Shown piece after piece: positions 41,681 to 51,739 of a DNA stretch of 64,000 nucleotides. Positions within the stretch are counted from its first letter, which is position 1, and the number at the start of each line of letters is the position of its first letter. The notes under the pieces are model-generated. The model was not told the DNA's origin, did no database searches, and saw only the letters and a list, made by a program, of their open reading frames with translations. The stretch covers positions 195,864 through 259,863 of the IMG/VR virus record IMGVR_UViG_3300013947_000019; one strand, given 5' to 3'. The position numbers and the translations under genes were made by a program. This stretch comes from a virus. Its lineage: Duplodnaviria > Caudoviricetes.

Positions 41681-41698
41681 TATATTATACCACCTTTC

Positions 41699-41938
41699 TT
41701 ACATCATTGCGAGATCGGCTGTCAGCATATCTATCTCAGTTTGTGTATTCATAATAGCACTTCTAAGAGAAACACAGATGTTGTTTCTTTCGATACTTGA
41801 AATACCAGAACAAAGACCAGTTCCATGGATAGCATCATTGAGTTCTTTCTTATACTGCTCATGCAGATTCTTTGCAGCATTCAGAGAACTCTGATACATA
41901 GCTTTGATTACTTCGTTCATAATAAATTCCTTTCCCAC
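41699..41938 (-). CDS. hypothetical protein
   Basis: Probable start at MNEVI after AAAGGA. Confidence 0.55.
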   Translation of the reverse strand: MGKEFIMNEVIKAMYQSSLNAAKNLHEQYKKELNDAIHGTGLCSGISSIERNNICVSLRSAIMNTQTEIDMLTADLAMM

Positions 41939-41948
41939 TTAAGAGTTT

Positions 41949-42275
41949 TTATTTGTCATAGTGTCTAGCGATGTCGCGGTAGATTTCTTGTATAGTAAGA
42001 TCGATATCAAGTAAAGTCATACCACACAATAGCATATCAGATACAGCATCATCAATAATATTCTTAAATTTAATAGCCTCTTCTCTGAGATCAGTTGCTG
42101 CATCGATATGTTTAATTTCCATTGCAACGACTTTATCTACTTCCATTTCAGTGATCAGCAGAATCATTTCTTTAGTATTATCTACGCTGCACTGTTCATC
42201 ACTCTTAGATGGTATGGTAAAGGACTTGAATAGTGTTTCGATATCTGTCTCGCTCATATAGATACCATAGTTCAT
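41949..42275 (-). CDS. hypothetical protein
   Basis: First gene after early promoter 42361. Confidence 0.6.
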   Translation of the reverse strand: MNYGIYMSETDIETLFKSFTIPSKSDEQCSVDNTKEMILLITEMEVDKVVAMEIKHIDAATDLREEAIKFKNIIDDAVSDMLLCGMTLLDIDLTIQEIYRDIARHYDK

Positions 42276-42360
42276 AATAAATTCCTTTCCAGTTGGTTTT
42301 AGTTTGTTACCAACCTAGCAAAAATAGATTTGATAAGTCTTATTTATATTGCTTATCACA

Positions 42361-42419
42361 ATTATAATATATATTTCAAATAAGTTGTATAACCAGATTT
42401 AGGACAACATTACTATAAT
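42361..42419. promoter_or_regulatory. divergent early (-) and late (+) promoters
   Basis: ATTATAATATATATT at 42361-42375; AACA-ttac-TATAAT at 42406-42419. Confidence 0.6.
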
Positions 42420-42458
42420 GAATTCTATTCTTATACTCTTATAAAGGAGTGATCATAC

Positions 42459-43334
42459 ATGGCATTTAAACCTGATTACTATATCTTAAACCAGACTCTG
42501 GTGGATCCCGATGTCGCTATGAAGCATCGGGAAATTATTTCTGAATCTGCTATTGATAGTCCAAGTGGATGTAAATTATTCACTGTTACTTTTAAACAGG
42601 TTCTACAGGATTTTGGTGTTCGTAACTGGAATGGTCGTAACTATTCCGATAAGATCGTTATGAATGCTCTGAATTCCAATCCTCTGATTCAGCATGATCT
42701 TAAGATGAAGACTTGGACTGGCGAATATGGTCATCCCCTGATTGAGAAAGGTATGAATGAACTTGCTCGTCAGATGACGATCTTCCCTCCCAATGCTTGT
42801 TGGACTATTAATAAGTATTGGCAGGAAGGTAATCTGTTGATGGGTGAATGTACCACTCTGGCTGGTGGTTATGGAGATATGGTCCGTGATCGTATTCTTA
42901 CTAACTATCCGGCTATGGCTTCTTCTCGTGCTATTGGTGGTACGGATAAGAGTGGTAATGTTCTGCCTGGATATACTCCTATTACTTTTGACTGTGTGAT
43001 TCGTCCCTCACACAAAGTTGCATATCAAGTTAAAGGATCTGAAACTATTAATGAGTTCCCGATTACCACGCCCACTAAGAATACAATGAGTGAAGCTGCT
43101 GTTATGATCAATCCTGAAAATAGTGAAGCTCTGAAACAGTTCTTATTGGATGAATCTGCTACTCGTGCTCAGATCTGTACTGTATGTGAGGCCCTGGGTC
43201 TCAATGCTGATTCTATGGTCATTGAAGAGAATGCCGTTAAGATCAGCAGAATGAATGAAGACGGTTCTATGGAGACATTGATTATGCCTCTACAGAAGCT
43301 TGTCAATGCATCTTATTATAACCTCTTCAAATAA
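42459..43334 (+). CDS. prohead core protease (T4 gp21-like)
   Basis: NWNGRNY, GEYGHP (catalytic His), ASSRAIG (catalytic Ser), ITFDCVIRPSH. Confidence 0.85.
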   Translation: MAFKPDYYILNQTLVDPDVAMKHREIISESAIDSPSGCKLFTVTFKQVLQDFGVRNWNGRNYSDKIVMNALNSNPLIQHDLKMKTWTGEYGHPLIEKGMNELARQMTIFPPNACWTINKYWQEGNLLMGECTTLAGGYGDMVRDRILTNYPAMASSRAIGGTDKSGNVLPGYTPITFDCVIRPSHKVAYQVKGSETINEFPITTPTKNTMSEAAVMINPENSEALKQFLLDESATRAQICTVCEALGLNADSMVIEENAVKISRMNEDGSMETLIMPLQKLVNASYYNLFK

Positions 43335-43375
43335 AAAAGAAAAGACCCCGGGAAAATCCCGGGGTCCATCTTTCT

Positions 43376-43603
43376 TTACTCTTCTTCCTCGTCGTCCCAC
43401 TCATCGTCATCATCGTCATCTTCCTCGATCTTGGCGATGATCTCTTCGATCAGTTCATTAACGATGATCTTATCACCATTCATCAGAGTGATAATGGTGA
43501 AATTAGTGCGCTCTTCCATGAGCGCGATGTTGTTAACAGGAACTGCGACCACCCAAGTCTTATCATCTTCCTTGGTGGTCAGGGTAATAAACTGCGTGAA
43601 CAT
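43376..43603 (-). CDS. small acidic protein
   Basis: 75 aa, D/E tail, SD AAGGAGG. Confidence 0.65.
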   Translation of the reverse strand: MFTQFITLTTKEDDKTWVVAVPVNNIALMEERTNFTIITLMNGDKIIVNELIEEIIAKIEEDDDDDDEWDDEEEE

Positions 43604-43624
43604 ATTGATTTCCTCCTTAAGATA

Positions 43625-43819
43625 TTAACATACCCGGGTAGCAGTAATCTGCTTCCCGTATTTGTTCATGACATACTCCATATCGGGATCATATCCGACA
43701 TAGATGGGGTCCTGCGCAAGAATTGCCTGGCTGTGACAAAGGTGAGCAAAATTGGATAACCAATCCAAATTCTGTTCGTTGATGGGACGTGCTCCTTTCA
43801 CGTTCGCGGTTGTCATCAT
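43625..43819 (-). CDS. hypothetical protein
   Basis: 64 aa after early promoter. Confidence 0.5.
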   Translation of the reverse strand: MMTTANVKGARPINEQNLDWLSNFAHLCHSQAILAQDPIYVGYDPDMEYVMNKYGKQITATRVC

Positions 43820-43920
43820 TTGTGCTTCCTTTCCAATGTTCCGTTTTATTCTTGGGTGGAACTCCCCTTTATGTATACAAACGTCTTATATGAAACTGAT
43901 AATCATTGCGTTTGTATCAC

Positions 43921-43979
43921 TATTATAATATATATTTGAATTATCTACTATAATCGGATTATTGAAACATCACTATAAT
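43921..43979. promoter_or_regulatory. divergent early (-) and late (+) promoters
   Basis: TATTATAATATATATT at 43921; AACA-tcac-TATAAT at 43966-43979. Confidence 0.6.
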
Positions 43980-44014
43980 AGACATATTCTCTGATTTAAA
44001 AGGAGGTTTATCAT

Positions 44015-44788
44015 ATGGATGTAAATAACTTCTATAAAGAAGTTTTCGAGCGTACACTTGGACTGGATGTTCTTGGTCTTGAGAATACATATCAAGAATT
44101 AGTCAGATTGGTAGAAAGCAAAACATTGATTACTTTCAGTCAATATATTCCTGCATTGTATAAATTTAAATTGGATATTTCTAATCCAATGAATGTTGTT
44201 CCTGATGAAATTGGTACCTATGGTGTTGAATTCTATATGGAAGATCCAGTACTGGAAAAATTCCATCTTCCTATTTTGGGTGTAGAAAAGGTAGAATATA
44301 ATGGCGATGGTAAAGTTGATCCATACGATCCTAACTCTACTGCTTACTACTCCTCTGTTATTGCTTCTCGTAATAACTTAACGTTAGATGCTGTATTAAT
44401 GGGAAGTGAATACACATACAATAGAACTTTGACAGATTTTGCTATGCCTTGGAAGAAGTATCATGAATATCGTGGTGGGAATATTCTGTACTTAAAGAAC
44501 TATGCATATGAATCTGATGTAGAAGTTACTGTAAAGACGCAGTATCCAAATTTGACTTCTATTCCAGAAGAGTACAGAGAGATCTTTATTAAACTTGCGG
44601 TATTTGATATTCGTATCTATCTTTGGAACTGGTTACGTTATATGGAGAATATTGTAACTCCTTCTGGTAATTTGGATTTGAAGTTCGATTGGTCTTCTGC
44701 TGAAACTGACAGAGAAGATTATATTCGTGAATTGAGAACAAAATCCTTCTATGATCGTATTGGTCCTCGATTCTTCCAAGTTGTATAA
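44015..44788 (+). CDS. putative neck / head-tail connector protein
   Basis: Late promoter; C-terminal EIFIKLAVFDIRIYLW...G.LDL pattern reminiscent of gp13-like neck proteins. Confidence 0.4.
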   Translation: MDVNNFYKEVFERTLGLDVLGLENTYQELVRLVESKTLITFSQYIPALYKFKLDISNPMNVVPDEIGTYGVEFYMEDPVLEKFHLPILGVEKVEYNGDGKVDPYDPNSTAYYSSVIASRNNLTLDAVLMGSEYTYNRTLTDFAMPWKKYHEYRGGNILYLKNYAYESDVEVTVKTQYPNLTSIPEEYREIFIKLAVFDIRIYLWNWLRYMENIVTPSGNLDLKFDWSSAETDREDYIRELRTKSFYDRIGPRFFQVV

Positions 44789-44966
44789 AAAAAAAAAAGG
44801 AAATCCCCGGGAATTACCCCGGGGATTTTTTCTTGCCTTATTCATCCTCGTTGTAATGATACAACAGCACAATGATACCAAGTATCAGTACTGTATATAT
44901 TATTTCAACCATAGGATTTCCTTTCATTTATATAATGTAGTCGCTCGACCTACAGTATATAAATGT

Positions 44967-45323
44967 TCACTCTTTTGTAATTTCTCCAGTACCTGGATAG
45001 ATAATATCTATCGTAGGAGAATTATCTTTGTACCGAATGTTGAATTCCGGTGACTTCTTATAGTAGTGATTCATTCCAGCAAAGCTGAGAAGGAACCATC
45101 CAATTGGCAGAAGTATCCACCACCAGCTCAACAGCAATACACCGAAAAGCTTACAGAAGATAAACAAAATAGCAGTATTGAATGCTACTTTGCTTTGAAT
45201 CATCCAGGTGAATACGCCTTTGTGATAAATTTCATACTCATTGATATTCATTGAATACATCCTCCTCATCAGTAATTTGACTGGCCTGGTATGCCAGGAT
45301 TTCAGGGGTAATACGAGACCCAT
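44967..45323 (-). CDS. membrane protein
   Basis: LSWWWILLPIG; true start probably at MYSMNI (~45260). Confidence 0.55.
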   Translation of the reverse strand: MGLVLPLKSWHTRPVKLLMRRMYSMNINEYEIYHKGVFTWMIQSKVAFNTAILFIFCKLFGVLLLSWWWILLPIGWFLLSFAGMNHYYKKSPEFNIRYKDNSPTIDIIYPGTGEITKE

Positions 45324-45585
45324 AATTTCTGGTTGTATTCTTATCAGTCTCTCGCATAATTTTATTAAATATTCTCTGCTCTCTTGTTAAATTGAGATAC
45401 ATAACAATAAAACAGATCAGAAGAGAAATTGCCCAGAGAACAATTACAATACTGGGAAGCAATACAAAGATCAGCTTCCATGTAATTGCTTTTGTGATAG
45501 CCAGGATTGCGAAGACAACTTGTGTGATCACAAGCGCGATGAATAATGTCATTCCAATGGGAGTAATTTTGAGTGTGAATTTCAT
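45238..45585 (-). CDS. membrane protein (paralogue-like, ITWKLIFVLLPS)
   Basis: Two TM helices. Confidence 0.6.
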   Translation of the reverse strand: MKFTLKITPIGMTLFIALVITQVVFAILAITKAITWKLIFVLLPSIVIVLWAISLLICFIVMYLNLTREQRIFNKIMRETDKNTTRNYGSRITPEILAYQASQITDEEDVFNEYQ

Positions 45586-45680
45586 ATTGCTTCCTCCATG
45601 TTTATTTCATTAGTTTTGTTTGTGTGGTATTCAATTTTAAAAGAGAAGGCCTGGATTTTACTCCAGGCCTATATCTCTTA

Positions 45681-46580
45681 TTACTTTTTCTTCTCCATCC
45701 GGTAGATACTATTCATACCAGTAGAAGTGGGTTTCAGAACAATGAATCCTTCCTCATCTCTGTATTGACCATCAGTATCTTTCTTAAGATTTTTCTTACT
45801 TAATTGATCATCGATAAAAGATACAAATCTTTCTGCACCTTTAGGCGTAATAGATTTAACAACTTTAGTAGAACCATAGCTAGTAACAGAGATGTTTACA
45901 TTTATCAAATTCTGATTCAGTGATTTCTGTGTAGGCATATTCTTACGAGGACCAGTTGAGATAAGATATCCAGCATCTCTGAGGATATTATATAGACGAT
46001 TAAGCCCAATATTATATCCATTAGAACTCAGAATATTGGAGAACTCACCAAAGCTAAAGTTAGTATCACTATTAGCAATAAACTTAGACAGAATAGACTT
46101 CTTGCGTAAATCACTATTCTCAAACTGAAGACCTTTTATCATATTCTCATCCGTCATAATCTTCTTAGATACAAGCTTGATGAACTGATCAGGATCTTCC
46201 TGAATACGTTCTCTATCTAACTCTGGAGAAAAGGTCTTGTTATAGTGAATAGATGGCATAACAACTTCAAGAATCCAATCACTGAATTCTTTTGCCTTTG
46301 GCATACGAGAGTTTATAACTAACTTATTAAGTGCACCATATGTAATAAGAGTCATCTTACCTACATAATTAGAATTGGGCTTAGTTGGTCCCATTACTAA
46401 TAATGATTTCGACTTATCGACAAATTTAGTAACAGCATTAGTAGGATTCTTGTATTCAAGAACTTTGCATACATCAATAGCTGGAAACCAAATGTCATTA
46501 TTAATTTTAGTACATCTGATCACTTTTCCAATTTCATAATAATCAAAGTTTTCAAAGTCGGAATTATTTAAGCGTAACAT
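45681..46580 (-). CDS. Bro-N / antirepressor (ANT/KilA-C) DNA-binding protein
   Basis: WFPAIDVCKVLEY...SRMPKAKEFSDWILEVVMPSI; IGLNRLYNILRDAGYL...NMPTQ...ITPKG. Confidence 0.85.
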   Translation of the reverse strand: MLRLNNSDFENFDYYEIGKVIRCTKINNDIWFPAIDVCKVLEYKNPTNAVTKFVDKSKSLLVMGPTKPNSNYVGKMTLITYGALNKLVINSRMPKAKEFSDWILEVVMPSIHYNKTFSPELDRERIQEDPDQFIKLVSKKIMTDENMIKGLQFENSDLRKKSILSKFIANSDTNFSFGEFSNILSSNGYNIGLNRLYNILRDAGYLISTGPRKNMPTQKSLNQNLINVNISVTSYGSTKVVKSITPKGAERFVSFIDDQLSKKNLKKDTDGQYRDEEGFIVLKPTSTGMNSIYRMEKKK

Positions 46581-46716
46581 ATTTTAATACCTCCATAATT
46601 TAATATAAAATCGAACACCCGCTTTGAGTGTTCGGTTTTCATTTTTTGTACTAGAATATTTTAAAACTTAGATAATATAAAGACCATTACCTCAGTAAAG
46701 GTAATGATTTATTCGT

Positions 46717-46923
46717 TTAATTATAGCTCTTTATATAATCTTTCAGTTTCATGATGTACTTTAGCTGAATCCTCTGGACTATTAAATTAATGCTATCAGA
46801 AAGCAAATTAGCAACTTCGATACCAACAAACCATGGTTCATCATTGATATATACCGCACGAATGTCACAGTTTAAGTCTTTATGATGAAAATTTTTGAAT
46901 GACGTATTATTAATATTTAACAT
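46717..46923 (-). pseudogene. truncated Bro-N paralogue
   Basis: IRAVYINDEPWFVGIEVANLL then diverges and stops; 5' end similar to the adjacent Bro gene. Confidence 0.55.
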
Positions 46924-47021
46924 TTTAAATTCCTCCTAATTTTTTAAACGTAGTTAGCCGATGGCTAACTACGTTTATAAATTTTCAAAAGCTTAGGGAG
47001 GTGAAACACCTCCTCGAGAAT

Positions 47022-47498
47022 TTATTTTATCTTTTTATATATTTGCTGAATCTCTTCAGATATTTTATGTGGTTTATTATGGTATTTTTCAAGAGCAATA
47101 ATTATACTTATGCCTAATGCAATATCTGTATTTTCAGTTGTAGCATAGCTAGTGCTAAAATCTTTATCATAAGATATACCCAAAGAAGAAATATATTTAC
47201 CAAACTTTCCAAAATTAAGTTTAAATAATTCAGTATTTGGAACTCTTCTATCAGCAAAAGTTTTGTGTAAATCTTTTTCTAATTCTCTATAGTTTGAACA
47301 CCTTTCAGATAACCAAATTTTCCCTAATGGATAATTTCCATAATTTGCAGCATTATTAGATAACATTGTATATCGTTTATATGGCTTAGCAGTGCATCCT
47401 ATTTTTACTAAACCATTATGATAATCAATACAATATATAAACCCTGAATTTTTAACATATTTAAATTTCTTAAGTTGCGAATATGTGTATATCTTCAT
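47022..47498 (-). CDS. GIY-YIG-like (T5orf172) domain protein
   Basis: GFIYCI...VKIGCT...LEKDLHKTF...TELF. Confidence 0.7.
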   Translation of the reverse strand: MKIYTYSQLKKFKYVKNSGFIYCIDYHNGLVKIGCTAKPYKRYTMLSNNAANYGNYPLGKIWLSERCSNYRELEKDLHKTFADRRVPNTELFKLNFGKFGKYISSLGISYDKDFSTSYATTENTDIALGISIIIALEKYHNKPHKISEEIQQIYKKIK

Positions 47499-47509
47499 TG
47501 AACATTCTC

Positions 47510-47821
47510 CTAAGTGTTAATAAACTTCCAAAGATAATTATTAGCACGCCCATCTAATAATTTTTTAATATCATCAATATGTATATACCGATATTTACTA
47601 GTATGTAAATTCTTACTCCGATGAATCATATAATAAATAGGATAACTAAAATTATGTTTTTTATCATTAGGAAAATTTCTAAAAGATGGAAATATATTAA
47701 GATTGACTAAATCTTGAAATCTAATATAAATTTCATCATTAATATAACACCATCTTACTTTCTTATCATTTACATGAATTATATGTAGTAATATAGGCTC
47801 AGTAAGTAAATTATTTTTCAT
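47510..47821 (-). CDS. hypothetical protein (degenerate Bro-like)
   Basis: AT-rich; VRWCYINDEIYIRFQDL resembles the Bro-N start. Confidence 0.4.
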   Translation of the reverse strand: MKNNLLTEPILLHIIHVNDKKVRWCYINDEIYIRFQDLVNLNIFPSFRNFPNDKKHNFSYPIYYMIHRSKNLHTSKYRYIHIDDIKKLLDGRANNYLWKFINT

Positions 47822-48143
47822 TTTATATCTCCTATTAACGTATACTTTTTAAAATTATACGGTTAATAATTTTTCAAATCAAAACCCCTCATATGCGGAG
47901 CGCATACGAGGTTTAATAATTTTAGATAATATCACAGCTCCTCTCACTTAAACTTTAATTAAGTTTATTTATAGTAGAAGGTATTAAAATACTTCTAATC
48001 ATCTCATCAAAATAATATAAATTTAAAACTATCCTCCTCTACATTATATTCTATATATAATATATATTTCAAATAGTTTCATTTATCGGAAGAAAAAAAA
48101 AAGAAAAGACCCGGGAGTTACCCGGGTCAATTCTTCTTTATAA

Positions 48144-50036
48144 TTACTTATCCTTCTTTTTCTTAGTAGCAGGAGGTTTAACAACAGTCCTGCGAAGGAT
48201 AATAAATCCGTCCTCATCTCGAGGAAGCTCTTCCACATCTTTACGCTGTTCAGGTGTACGAGGCTTCAAGATCATAAAACCCTTTGGATCTCTCTGTGTA
48301 CCAACCTGTTTCGGCATAATATGCAGTCCATCATCTAATGCATATAAACCATACTGCCAAGGATACTTATTGAATTCAGCCTGAAGCTCCTGAGAAGTCA
48401 ACTTCTTACGAAGCTGGATAAATCCATCTTCACCACGGGAGCATTCCATCTCAACAATATCCTTACGAGACTGCACATAGTTATCCTCCGCAATCTTATC
48501 AACTGCACCAAGGATCATCTTATCATATACATTCGGTTCAGATTTATCTGCATCAAAATAACCATTGTTATCAAACTGCACATTAGCGCACAGATAACCA
48601 GTCAATCCAGGATCGGAAGAAGAACACACATTCGGATCATATCTACCAAGATGAGAAGGATAGATATCACGATACCTCATAGAGGTCTTCTTCTTACCGC
48701 CATTCAATCCAGTCGGACCCTTCAGCGTATAACGAGAGAGTTCAATTGCATCAAAGTCATTATACCGTTCAAAACGGAACATAGAAGACTGACTGGATTT
48801 ACCCGCAACAGAATGAGATGCACGAAAGACAATATCCTCAGAGATAGAATTAAAAAGCCGCATATATCGTTCCATAGAAGGATTGTCCGTATTCAACAGA
48901 CTATTCACATTCTTGGTGATATACGTATCCAGGAAGAATGCCTGGGTTTCATTGGCTCTTAATCGTTTTGTCCGTAGATCATTAGAGTCCTTCTTCAGAA
49001 GTTCTTCATAGTTTGTCAACATCCACCGCATAATGGTGAACGTATTCTTCTTCTGATACTTCTTCAGACAAAGTCTCTTCTTGGTATATGGATCCATAAT
49101 CTTCTTAAAGGAGATCAGTACCCGCTCACCTTTATCTACAGAACGTTTCTTAGAGAACACTTCAGACAACCGTTCCAGCCAATAGTCTCGATTATATGCA
49201 TCCTTGATCGTAATCTTATTCTTATCAGAATACATACAATCAAAGATCGTACCGATGAACTTTCCTACAAAGTCATGCATCCGCATTGCTTTTTCATGAA
49301 CTTCAAGATACAACTTGTTATTCACTTTCAGATACAGATAATTATCCGGATCGATCACTTCCGGAACAACAGCCATGACCTTTTCCAGACAGAACATCTC
49401 CAAAGTACTCTCTAATCCATACCGTGCCAGGAAATACAGCAACGGATTGGTCACCTTGGTGAACAGATCCAACTGGAAGATAGGAATATGATACTGTTCA
49501 TCATCATCGACAAACTTGACCTTCATCGGTTTTGTGAAGAGCTTAATGGGATACAAAGTCGTCTTAAAGTTCAGGATATTCTCCTGTTTCTTCTTTCCTG
49601 CCTTAACGAAGGTAGAGTTATCCACGATCTGAATCAAAGGAAGAACCTTCTTACCACCACGGATAAACCATCTACCATCGATCAGTTTAGGAATCTTGAT
49701 ACGACGAGTTACATGATTGGTTTGACCTTTCACAGATATAGTGAAATTTACAATCAGTAAATCATAAATAGATTCACCAGAACTGACGAGTCTCTCCAAT
49801 CTCTTATTATTCTTGATCTTCGGATCGCGCTTATTCTTTTTATTAATATTTGTATGAATCTTAGTCTGATCTGTGATATACTCATATGAATCGAGCGTTA
49901 CCCCAGGAAGAACCTCAAGATTCTTAAAAGTATCGATAAAATAATCAACCAAAGGCTTATCGAAACTCCGCTCGAAAAGTCCAGGGTTGATCTTCTTCCG
50001 ATTTTTCTCACAATACTCTGCAAGAAACTCTTTCAT
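48144..50036 (-). CDS. rpoB: RNA polymerase beta subunit, N-terminal piece (probably non-virion RNAP)
   Basis: DGRWFIRGGKKV (beta GxFIINGxERV) and YRDIYPSHLGRYDPNVCSSSDPGLTGYL (VRDVHPTHYGRxCP..T.E..G). Confidence 0.85.
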   Translation of the reverse strand: MKEFLAEYCEKNRKKINPGLFERSFDKPLVDYFIDTFKNLEVLPGVTLDSYEYITDQTKIHTNINKKNKRDPKIKNNKRLERLVSSGESIYDLLIVNFTISVKGQTNHVTRRIKIPKLIDGRWFIRGGKKVLPLIQIVDNSTFVKAGKKKQENILNFKTTLYPIKLFTKPMKVKFVDDDEQYHIPIFQLDLFTKVTNPLLYFLARYGLESTLEMFCLEKVMAVVPEVIDPDNYLYLKVNNKLYLEVHEKAMRMHDFVGKFIGTIFDCMYSDKNKITIKDAYNRDYWLERLSEVFSKKRSVDKGERVLISFKKIMDPYTKKRLCLKKYQKKNTFTIMRWMLTNYEELLKKDSNDLRTKRLRANETQAFFLDTYITKNVNSLLNTDNPSMERYMRLFNSISEDIVFRASHSVAGKSSQSSMFRFERYNDFDAIELSRYTLKGPTGLNGGKKKTSMRYRDIYPSHLGRYDPNVCSSSDPGLTGYLCANVQFDNNGYFDADKSEPNVYDKMILGAVDKIAEDNYVQSRKDIVEMECSRGEDGFIQLRKKLTSQELQAEFNKYPWQYGLYALDDGLHIMPKQVGTQRDPKGFMILKPRTPEQRKDVEELPRDEDGFIILRRTVVKPPATKKKKDK

Positions 50037-50053
50037 GGAGTTTCCTCCTTTGC

Positions 50054-50755
50054 TCAGATTTCGAGTTCCGGTGTAGTTAATCCTCTAGTTTTTTGCATGA
50101 TTGTATCATAACAATTTGCAATTGATTCAAGCATTATATGATCCTTCGGAAAGATCTCATATATATCTACCATCAATGGGATCATTTCAGTAGGTATATT
50201 CATTCCAAACGGTTCACGTTCAGAATGATGTATCACTGTAACCCGATCTGTTATAATTTGACATTGAAGTGCAATCGCATCTGCAAAATCACTGGAACTA
50301 ACTGATTGATTTTTATCATGATAAATATAAACATTTGCTTCTGTATCACAAGTATTCATACGATCATGATATCTACAGCTTTTGCCAGGAATATAGTTAT
50401 TGATCGGAATTAGCTTCGTAAACCCATCTATATCATGGATTGACGCAACATTACTTACCGACAATGCTTTTTCAATCTCATTCCAGACTAGATACTCATC
50501 GTCAGTTACAATGTGCCGAATTTTGAATTTATCAATGTTATTAGCCAGAACAAACTTGGCCTCAGCTTCTTCTGTCTTAACCTTGCGGGGATTTCCATTA
50601 GGGATAAAATCAATCACATTATAATCATAATTCCGATCTAGATATCCGATACTCGTGAGATCAGGTCCCGTTGCAACATCGAATCTGATACGTCTCCGAG
50701 TACCGAATATATTTCCAATACTGATGGGATTGAAAATAAAATCCAATTTAGTCAT
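50054..50755 (-). CDS. hypothetical protein
   Basis: 233 aa, SD AAGGAGG, early promoter 50787. Confidence 0.7.
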   Translation of the reverse strand: MTKLDFIFNPISIGNIFGTRRRIRFDVATGPDLTSIGYLDRNYDYNVIDFIPNGNPRKVKTEEAEAKFVLANNIDKFKIRHIVTDDEYLVWNEIEKALSVSNVASIHDIDGFTKLIPINNYIPGKSCRYHDRMNTCDTEANVYIYHDKNQSVSSSDFADAIALQCQIITDRVTVIHHSEREPFGMNIPTEMIPLMVDIYEIFPKDHIMLESIANCYDTIMQKTRGLTTPELEI

Positions 50756-50976
50756 ATCTATGCCTCCTTTCTTTATTTATTTCAAGTATATAGTATATAC
50801 TCAAAAATACTTTACATAGAAGGGATCCCACCGGATCCCAACCTGGTAATATAACCAAGTCAAGACCCGGTGGGTTTACGGCTCGCATCCTTATAACTTC
50901 GTTGAGTTATTTATTAACTAACTTTCGTTACCTTACGACGCTTGCCTTCCTCAAGACTTATCGGCGTAAAGTCCTA

Positions 50977-51636
50977 CTAGTCAGCCTCCGCAGCAGTGGC
51001 AGCAGCCTCATCATCCTTCAGGATCTGCTTGAAGACCTTATCAGGAGTGAAGGTGACCTTGATATCATCATCGTCATACTCAAAGTTGTACTTACCATGA
51101 GGGAACCCATTGTTGATCTCCAGAGAGAAGATCTTACCATCCATCTGCTTCTCACGACCGATACCAACCAGAACCAGAGCATACTCATTCAGGAAGTACT
51201 CAGCCTCATTATCAGTCAGCTTGACACCCTTATTCTGATCAGCCTTAGCCTTATTCTCGGGAGCCTCAGGATCGAACATACCATAGCCAACCCAATCCTT
51301 AAACAGCTTCATGTACTCCTCATCGAAACTGTCCTGATTGATCGTCTCGGAACGCTCAGCGGGATCCATGTTGGGAGTGTTCAGGCACTTCAGGAAAGCC
51401 TTAGAGGGCTCCCAAGTAGGAGTAACGTTACCAGCCTCGCCCTTAGTCACAAACTCTGCACGGAAGATACCCCAAGGCAGAGACAGCTCGGCAGAACCAT
51501 TACGCTTCAGCTGACGACGCATAACCTCCGCGATAGAACGAGTGATACCTTCCTCAAAACGAGCAGCCAGAGGGGGAGTGAAGTTCTCGAAGTTGTTGTG
51601 CTCCTGCGCCACGAAAGCCTTGATAGAAATTTCCAT
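50977..51636 (-). CDS. tandem HU/IHF-like DNA-binding protein
   Basis: True start MEISIK at 51636 (SD GGAGGA); two modules LPWGIF...PTWEPSKAFLKCLN and PHGKY...VTFTPDKVFKQILK; strong codon bias. Confidence 0.55.
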   Translation of the reverse strand: MEISIKAFVAQEHNNFENFTPPLAARFEEGITRSIAEVMRRQLKRNGSAELSLPWGIFRAEFVTKGEAGNVTPTWEPSKAFLKCLNTPNMDPAERSETINQDSFDEEYMKLFKDWVGYGMFDPEAPENKAKADQNKGVKLTDNEAEYFLNEYALVLVGIGREKQMDGKIFSLEINNGFPHGKYNFEYDDDDIKVTFTPDKVFKQILKDDEAAATAAEAD

Positions 51637-51739
51637 TTTAAAATCCTCCTTAAAATATTTACTGTTCATATTTTGTATACATCTTACCCTAGATGTTATA
51701 CACAGGTATAAATTTGTTTTTGAGATTTTCGAAAAGTAA

